A stretch of 64,000 bases of DNA from Betaproteobacteria bacterium (GTDB taxonomy: Bacteria; Pseudomonadota; Gammaproteobacteria; Burkholderiales; WYBJ01), in contig WHTS01000009.1 of assembly GCA_009377585.1 (NCBI GenBank), positions 14,480-78,479 on the forward strand. The letters run 5' to 3'. The position numbers were made by a program, and so were the translations under genes. The notes under the pieces are model-generated. The model saw nothing but the letters and a program-made list of their open reading frames with translations. It searched no databases and had not been told where the DNA came from. Shown piece by piece: positions 59,379 to 64,000 of this stretch (positions are counted from its first letter, which is position 1; each line of letters starts with the position of its first letter).

Positions 59379-59666
59379 CCCGACTCGGCGGATGCGCCGG
59401 GATTGCGGAAGCTGATCCAACTCGGCGGATGCGCGAGGTTTGAACGAGGTTTAAGCAACCGAGTGCGGATTTCCCCCTGCCCGCATGGCACTTCCGTGCG
59501 GAAGTTGACTTCCGGGTACGGGGATTTTGCGCTAGGGTGCGCCTTCCTTGCCGCACGAGGGAGGCATCCCGTCGGTTCCAGCGCGGGCAGCGTTCGCTGC
59601 CCTGACGCCGGCGCGGCAATGAAGCAATGGAAAACACTGGAGATTGCGGTGCCGCAAGGAGCCTAC

Positions 59667-61220
59667 ATGCTGACCCAACCGTCGGGACCGACCTACTACG
59701 CACGATTGCAATTCACCGATGCCGCGAGTTGTGTCGGCTGGCTGGAATCGATTCCGCTGCATCGCCCCGCCGAAGCGCACGAGATGGTCGCCGCGCAAGT
59801 CGGTCTCCTCGGCCACGCCGATATGCCGGCGCTGGAGCGACTGCGTATCCTCGAAGTGCTCTACCAGAGCGCCGCATTCCTGCAGGAGGAGCTGGCGAAG
59901 CGCTACGTCGGGCGCGCGCTGCCGCTTTCGATTGTCGAGTATTCGCTTTGGAACTCGGTGGTTGCGTTGTGGCAGAGCCTGTTCGCGGGATACGCGTTGC
60001 TGCTGCGGCGCTGCTTCAAGGCCGAGCGCGGTCTCGGCGCCCATGCGCCGCTGCTCGCGCTTCGTTGCATCGAGCTCACGGCGGCGGCCGTCCGGGAGCA
60101 TCACTGCGTCTATCGCGACGTATCTCCCGCACTTTGGAAACAGTTGCACGAGTCCTACGCATTCGCCGAGCGCCACGGATTGGCCTCGGCTGGCGTCGCC
60201 GACCCGCTTGCAGCCGCGGTCGTGGTACGCACGCCGGCGTCCGCCTATGCACGCACCCTGCTCGCTCACCTGGCGAACCCGTACGCCATGTCGCCACGCC
60301 AGATGACGGTGATGTACCGCTGGGCAGGGCTTTGGGAATCCCTGGTCGGCATCGGGCCGAGCCCGATCGCGCCGGGCGTGAGCGCGATTCTCGCGGTCGA
60401 TCTGAAGGCCAGCGCGCCTGCCGTTTCGGCCCGCCGGATCGAGGCCGGCCCCTCGATCCGCTATATCACGCTGGAGCAGCTCGGACAGGCATTGCGCCGC
60501 GTGCTGACTTCGTTGCGGCACGGCGATGATCCCGCCAGCCTTGGGCTGGGCGAGGATTTACGCCAGCCAGGCTGTGAGCGATTGCTCACACTGCTGTACA
60601 TCCAGTGGTGCGGCACCGGGGTGGGGCAGCTGGCTGCCCGGCGCGAGCGTGGCGAGGATGCGCACGCCGCGGTCGGGTTCGATGGCGTCTGCCGCCAGCT
60701 CGGCCTGGAGGGCGAGGCGTTCCGTAACGCCGCCATAGTGATCCCGATCCGAGCTTTCGGCGCTCCGTTTACCGAGCAGTGGTACGTCGCGGCCACTCAT
60801 GCCCCCGGGTTCATCGCCGTGGCGCGCGGTCCCGAGTGCGACGAACGCATTCAACATCATCAGCTGATCGCCATCCGGCGGCGCAGCGCGACGCATTTCC
60901 AGCTTGCGGTGGCGCAATGGATGCGATTGGAAGAAGACGGCGATCTGTCGATCGGATTGCGCTTGCTGCCGGGCATTCCCCATGTCACGCCGGTGCAGCT
61001 GCACGGCCAGCCTGCGGACGAAGGCGCACAACCCTCGGCGCTCCTGTTGCCTGCGGCGCCGGAGATGCGCACGCCGCCAACCCTGCTGCTCGCGCCGAAT
61101 CTGTTCCAGCCGGGGCGCGAGCTGGAATTGCTTTCCGGCACCCTGCGGCGGGTGCGTATGGTTCGGCTATTGGAGCGGGGCGCCGATTTCGAGCGCGCGG
61201 TGTTCGAAGTCATCGCGTAG
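59667..61220 (+). CDS. Uncharacterised 517-aa protein, paralogue B (PilZ-like motifs degenerate)
   Basis: The ATG at 59667 follows AAGGAG with 6-nt spacing. Blocks LWQSLFAGYALLL, REHHCVYRDVSPALWKQLHESY, LANPYAMSPRQM, IRYITLEQLG and LLTLLYIQWCG are collinear with paralogue A. Confidence 0.7.
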   Translation: MLTQPSGPTYYARLQFTDAASCVGWLESIPLHRPAEAHEMVAAQVGLLGHADMPALERLRILEVLYQSAAFLQEELAKRYVGRALPLSIVEYSLWNSVVALWQSLFAGYALLLRRCFKAERGLGAHAPLLALRCIELTAAAVREHHCVYRDVSPALWKQLHESYAFAERHGLASAGVADPLAAAVVVRTPASAYARTLLAHLANPYAMSPRQMTVMYRWAGLWESLVGIGPSPIAPGVSAILAVDLKASAPAVSARRIEAGPSIRYITLEQLGQALRRVLTSLRHGDDPASLGLGEDLRQPGCERLLTLLYIQWCGTGVGQLAARRERGEDAHAAVGFDGVCRQLGLEGEAFRNAAIVIPIRAFGAPFTEQWYVAATHAPGFIAVARGPECDERIQHHQLIAIRRRSATHFQLAVAQWMRLEEDGDLSIGLRLLPGIPHVTPVQLHGQPADEGAQPSALLLPAAPEMRTPPTLLLAPNLFQPGRELELLSGTLRRVRMVRLLERGADFERAVFEVIA

Positions 61221-61259
61221 CACGCCGTCGACTGCGCACGCAACCGGCGCCCTACTAAC

Positions 61260-61297
61260 TGCCTCACTGCCTCACGTAAAAGTGCCTCACGTAAAAA
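61260..61297. repeat. TGCCTCAC + 2 x 15-nt tandem (TGCCTCACGTAAAAG / TGCCTCACGTAAAAA)
   Basis: Read directly. The last unit is identical to 40729-40743. Confidence 0.8.
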
Positions 61298-61422
61298 TCT
61301 GACCGGACGCCGCCTTGCATGCCCCCGCCGCGCTGCCTATCATGGGCAGCGTAGCTGCGGCTACCCATGCCCATGCGGCGCGTCGCTGCGCCGCCGCTTC
61401 CTTGCATCCTCGAAGGCCAGTC

Positions 61423-61812
61423 ATGGCGAATGCCCGCGGCGCGGCGCCCGCGCCGGTCGCAATCACCCTGCATCAGAAATCCCGCGTGCTGGAGATCGAA
61501 TACGCCGGCGGGAAACGGTTTCGCCTGCCGTGCGAATTCCTGCGCGTGTTTTCGCCCTCGGCCGAAGTGCGCGGCCACGGACCCGGGCAGGAAGTGCTGC
61601 AGACCGGGAAGCAAGACGTCGACATCGTGCGCGTCGAGCCGGTCGGAAATTACGCCGTCCAACTGGTATTTTCCGACCACCACGACACCGGGATCTACTC
61701 CTTCGACCTGCTGTACGAGTACGGTTTGAAGCATGACCGGATGTGGGCCGACTATCTGCAGCGCTTGGCGCAGGCCGGAGCAAGCCGTGAAGCGCCCGTC
61801 GCCAAGCCTTGA
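61423..61812 (+). CDS. DUF971 (gamma-butyrobetaine hydroxylase-like N-terminal domain) protein
   Basis: LEIEYAGGKRFRLPCEFLRVFSPSAEVRGHG...VGNYAVQLVFSDHHDTGIYSFDLL. The internal ATG was chosen. Confidence 0.8.
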   Translation: MANARGAAPAPVAITLHQKSRVLEIEYAGGKRFRLPCEFLRVFSPSAEVRGHGPGQEVLQTGKQDVDIVRVEPVGNYAVQLVFSDHHDTGIYSFDLLYEYGLKHDRMWADYLQRLAQAGASREAPVAKP

Positions 61813-62605
61813 CGCCGAGCCGGACCCCGGCGCGGACAATTCCTTCAAGACACCGGATCCGACCACAGGGCCCAGGACTGCCGATTTCGGCTTCCAGGCC
61901 GTGCCCGAGGCGGACAAGGTGAATCGGGTTGGCGCCGTCTTCAGCTCCGTTGCCCCGCGCTACGACCTGATGAACGACCTCATGTCGGGCGGGCTGCACC
62001 GGCTGTGGAAAGCCTTCACCGTGGAGTTGTGCGGATTGCGACCGGGCCAGCGTGTCCTGGATGTCGCCGCCGGAACCGGCGACCTGGCGCTGAAGCTATG
62101 GCCGCGGGTGATGCCGGGCGGGGAGGTCGTGCTCGCCGACATCAACGAGTCGATGCTGCTGCGCGGGCGTGACCGTCTGCTCGACGCCGGCATGCCTGCC
62201 GGCGCCATTCTCTGCAACGCCGAACAGATGTCTTTTGTGAGCGATCACTTCGACTGCATCACAATAGGCTTCGGCCTGCGCAACGTCACCCGGAAGGAGC
62301 ATGCGCTGCGCGAGATGCACCGCCTGCTGCGCCCCGGTGGGCGTCTGATCGTGCTCGAATTCTCGCGCGTGCAGCGGGCGCTCGCGCCGCTCTACGACGC
62401 GTATTCCTTCGCCGTCCTGCCCTTGCTCGGGCGCCTGGTCGCGCGCGATTCCGCCAGCTATCGCTACCTGGCGGAATCGATCCGGGTTCATCCCGACCAG
62501 AATCAGTTGCGGGATCTGTTCGTTCAGGCCGGCTTCGAGCGCGTCGAATACTTCAACCTCGCCGCCGGGGTGGTGGCGGTGCATCGCGGGTTCAAGCTGT
62601 GCTGA
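61787..62605 (+). CDS. ubiE: Ubiquinone/menaquinone biosynthesis C-methyltransferase
   Basis: FGFQAVPEADK...YDLMNDLMSGGLHRLWK...LDVAAGTGDL. A GTG start at 61787 follows GGAG; ATG at 61733 is the alternative. Confidence 0.9.
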   Translation: MKRPSPSLDAEPDPGADNSFKTPDPTTGPRTADFGFQAVPEADKVNRVGAVFSSVAPRYDLMNDLMSGGLHRLWKAFTVELCGLRPGQRVLDVAAGTGDLALKLWPRVMPGGEVVLADINESMLLRGRDRLLDAGMPAGAILCNAEQMSFVSDHFDCITIGFGLRNVTRKEHALREMHRLLRPGGRLIVLEFSRVQRALAPLYDAYSFAVLPLLGRLVARDSASYRYLAESIRVHPDQNQLRDLFVQAGFERVEYFNLAAGVVAVHRGFKLC

Positions 62606-62689
62606 CCGAACCAGGCCGGCACGCAGCGCACTCCATTCGCATTTTCAATGAGAGCCATAGCATCTGTTGCGCTTGCGGTCAGGCTATGT

Positions 62690-62698
62690 TGCTAGAAT
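62690..62698 (+). promoter_or_regulatory. Candidate extended -10 promoter element (TGcTAGAAT) upstream of the Tim44-like gene
   Basis: Sequence match only. Confidence 0.3.
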
Positions 62699-62743
62699 GA
62701 GCCGGCTTTGCTTTCCCCCGCCTTTCCCCCTTTAGGAGGGACC

Positions 62744-63601
62744 GTGAACAAGATTCTTGGTGCAGTCTTTGCGGTACTGGTCGGATTCGGCATGTCGATT
62801 CCCGATTCGGAGGCGGCGCGACGCCTCGGAGGCGGCAAGTCCTTCGGCGCACAGCGCCAGGCCACGCCGCAGCAGCCGCGTCCCGAGAAAGCGCCGCAGG
62901 CGGCGCCCCAGCAACAACCCGGTGCGGCCGGGGCGGCAGGCGGCAGCCGTTGGTTCGGGCCCGTGGCCGGCCTGCTGGCCGGTGGCCTGCTGGGCGCGAT
63001 GATCTTCGGCGGCGCGTTCGAGGGCATCAAGCTCATGGACGTGCTGCTGATCGCGCTGCTTGCGTTCGGCCTGTTCTATCTCTTCAAGATGATGCGCAAA
63101 CCGCAACACCCCGACCGGCGGCGCGAGCCGCTGCAGTACGCGGGTGTCGGAGCCGAGCCGCGCATCGACCCGGCGCCACGTGACGAGCCCGTCAGCGCCG
63201 GCGCGGCAGCCGCGCCGGCCGCGCGCTATTTCCCGGCGGGTTTCGATGCCGAAGGCTTCGCCCAACAGGCCAAGCGTAATTTCATCCGCTTGCAGGAGGC
63301 GAACGACCGCGCCGATCTTGCCGCCTTGCGCGACATGATGACGCCGCACTTGTACCCGGAGATCGAGGCGCAGATTCGCGAACGCGGCGGCGAGGCACAG
63401 AAGACCGACGTCGTCACGCTCGATGCCAAGGTGATCGAGGTCGTAACCGAGGGCGATCACTTTATCGCCAGCGTGCGCTTCACCGGCCTCATGAAGGATG
63501 AGCCGGGTGCGCAACCCGAGTCCTTCAGCGAAGTGTGGCACCTGCAGAAGCCGCTGAGCGGTTCGAGCGGCTGGCTGATGGCCGGCATCCAGCAGGACTG
63601 A
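62744..63601 (+). CDS. Tim44-like domain-containing membrane protein
   Basis: The GTG start follows AGGAGGG. Signal/TM segments, Gln/Pro-rich linker, C-terminal Tim44-like domain (FDAEGFAQQAKRNFIRLQEANDRADL...WLMAGIQQ). Confidence 0.85.
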   Translation: MNKILGAVFAVLVGFGMSIPDSEAARRLGGGKSFGAQRQATPQQPRPEKAPQAAPQQQPGAAGAAGGSRWFGPVAGLLAGGLLGAMIFGGAFEGIKLMDVLLIALLAFGLFYLFKMMRKPQHPDRRREPLQYAGVGAEPRIDPAPRDEPVSAGAAAAPAARYFPAGFDAEGFAQQAKRNFIRLQEANDRADLAALRDMMTPHLYPEIEAQIRERGGEAQKTDVVTLDAKVIEVVTEGDHFIASVRFTGLMKDEPGAQPESFSEVWHLQKPLSGSSGWLMAGIQQD

Positions 63602-63605
63602 GCTT

Positions 63606-64000
63606 GTGCTCACGCAGCTCGCCGTAGCGCCCATCAACCACGTCCTGCGCGGCGAGAGCTGGGCGCTGCGGCGCCTGGCTCCGTTTGCGGGCTGCACCGC
63701 ACGCTTCGATGTGCTGCCGTTTTCGGCGCTCGTCACCGTGCGCGACAGCGGTGAGATCGCCGCAGCCGCGTCCGGTGCCGCCGCCGACGTCCATATCCGT
63801 CTCACGCCAGCTGCGGCCGCCCGCATCCTCGCAGGCGACCAGGCGGCGTACGACGAGGTCGCCGTGGATGGTGACGGCGAATTTGCGCAGGCACTGCAGT
63901 TCGTGGTTCGCAACGCGCGCTGGGACGTGGAAGAGGATCTGTCGCGCGTCGTCGGCGATACGTTGGCGCACCGCGCAGTGGGCGCGGGGCGCGCGGTCCT
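63606..64000 (+). CDS. ubiJ: Ubiquinone biosynthesis accessory factor UbiJ (SCP2 domain), 3'-truncated by the window edge
   Basis: Not in the track (GTG start, no stop before the window end). The manual translation gives VLTQLAVAPINHVLRGESWALRRLAPFAG...DGDGEFAQALQFVVRNARWDVEEDLSRVVGD. It sits at the expected position after ubiE and the Tim44-like gene. Confidence 0.65.
   Translation, partial: MLTQLAVAPINHVLRGESWALRRLAPFAGCTARFDVLPFSALVTVRDSGEIAAAASGAAADVHIRLTPAAAARILAGDQAAYDEVAVDGDGEFAQALQFVVRNARWDVEEDLSRVVGDTLAHRAVGAGRAV

Noticed and set aside
59486-59499. Sigma54-like TGGCAC-N5-TGC between the two PilZ-like genes
   Set aside because: The GG-to-GC spacing is one nucleotide short of the canonical GG-N10-GC, the -12 element is not TTGC, and no enhancer-binding protein gene is nearby.
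59403-59666. Upstream in-frame extension of PilZ-like paralogue B
   Set aside because: The extension is Arg/Gly/Cys-rich and has no counterpart in paralogue A. ATG 59667 has an AAGGAG Shine-Dalgarno at optimal spacing and gives a length matching paralogue A.

Overview
High-GC (roughly 65-68% by eye) proteobacterial chromosome. Gene content and order suggest a betaproteobacterium or Burkholderiales: many Bug/TctC receptors, rpe-gph-trpE, DUF971-ubiE-Tim44-ubiJ and miaB-phoH-ybeY-corC-lnt. No searches were run; all calls rest on reading the translated ORFs and the DNA. The window has two parts. (1) About 1-21,100 is accessory-looking. It holds six intact Bug receptors, two MmgE/PrpD proteins, three PuuE-like polysaccharide deacetylases, a LeuCD-like dehydratase pair and a tandemly duplicated alpha/beta-hydrolase+Bug module. 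It has no recognisable regulator but many gene relics: amidohydrolase, TauD, FMN-dehydrogenase, two Bug fragments and an IS5-type transposase. A lower-GC junction lies at 17.6-19.0 kb. This block sits where trpG would be expected after trpE. (2) About 21,100-64,000 is mostly core housekeeping: trpE, gph, rpe, apaG, mltA, dsbC, tRNA-Met, miaB, phoH, ybeY, corC, lnt, glyQS, gmhB, plsC, lptM-lysA, msrPQ, mgtE, ubiE and ubiJ. Interspersed are a TPR-GT41 glycosyltransferase, two tandem porins, a yqaA + two orphan Dpp/Opp-type ABC ATPase operon, and a tandem pair of uncharacterised ~515-aa paralogues with a PilZ-like C-terminus. That pair is my best candidate for something undescribed. Intergenic DNA carries REP-like hairpins, short perfect tandem duplications, a 17-bp inverted repeat and a shared 15-nt motif. 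No CRISPR array, prophage, integrase or recognisable defence system was seen. Many start codons are uncertain, and many long track ORFs are high-GC shadow ORFs.
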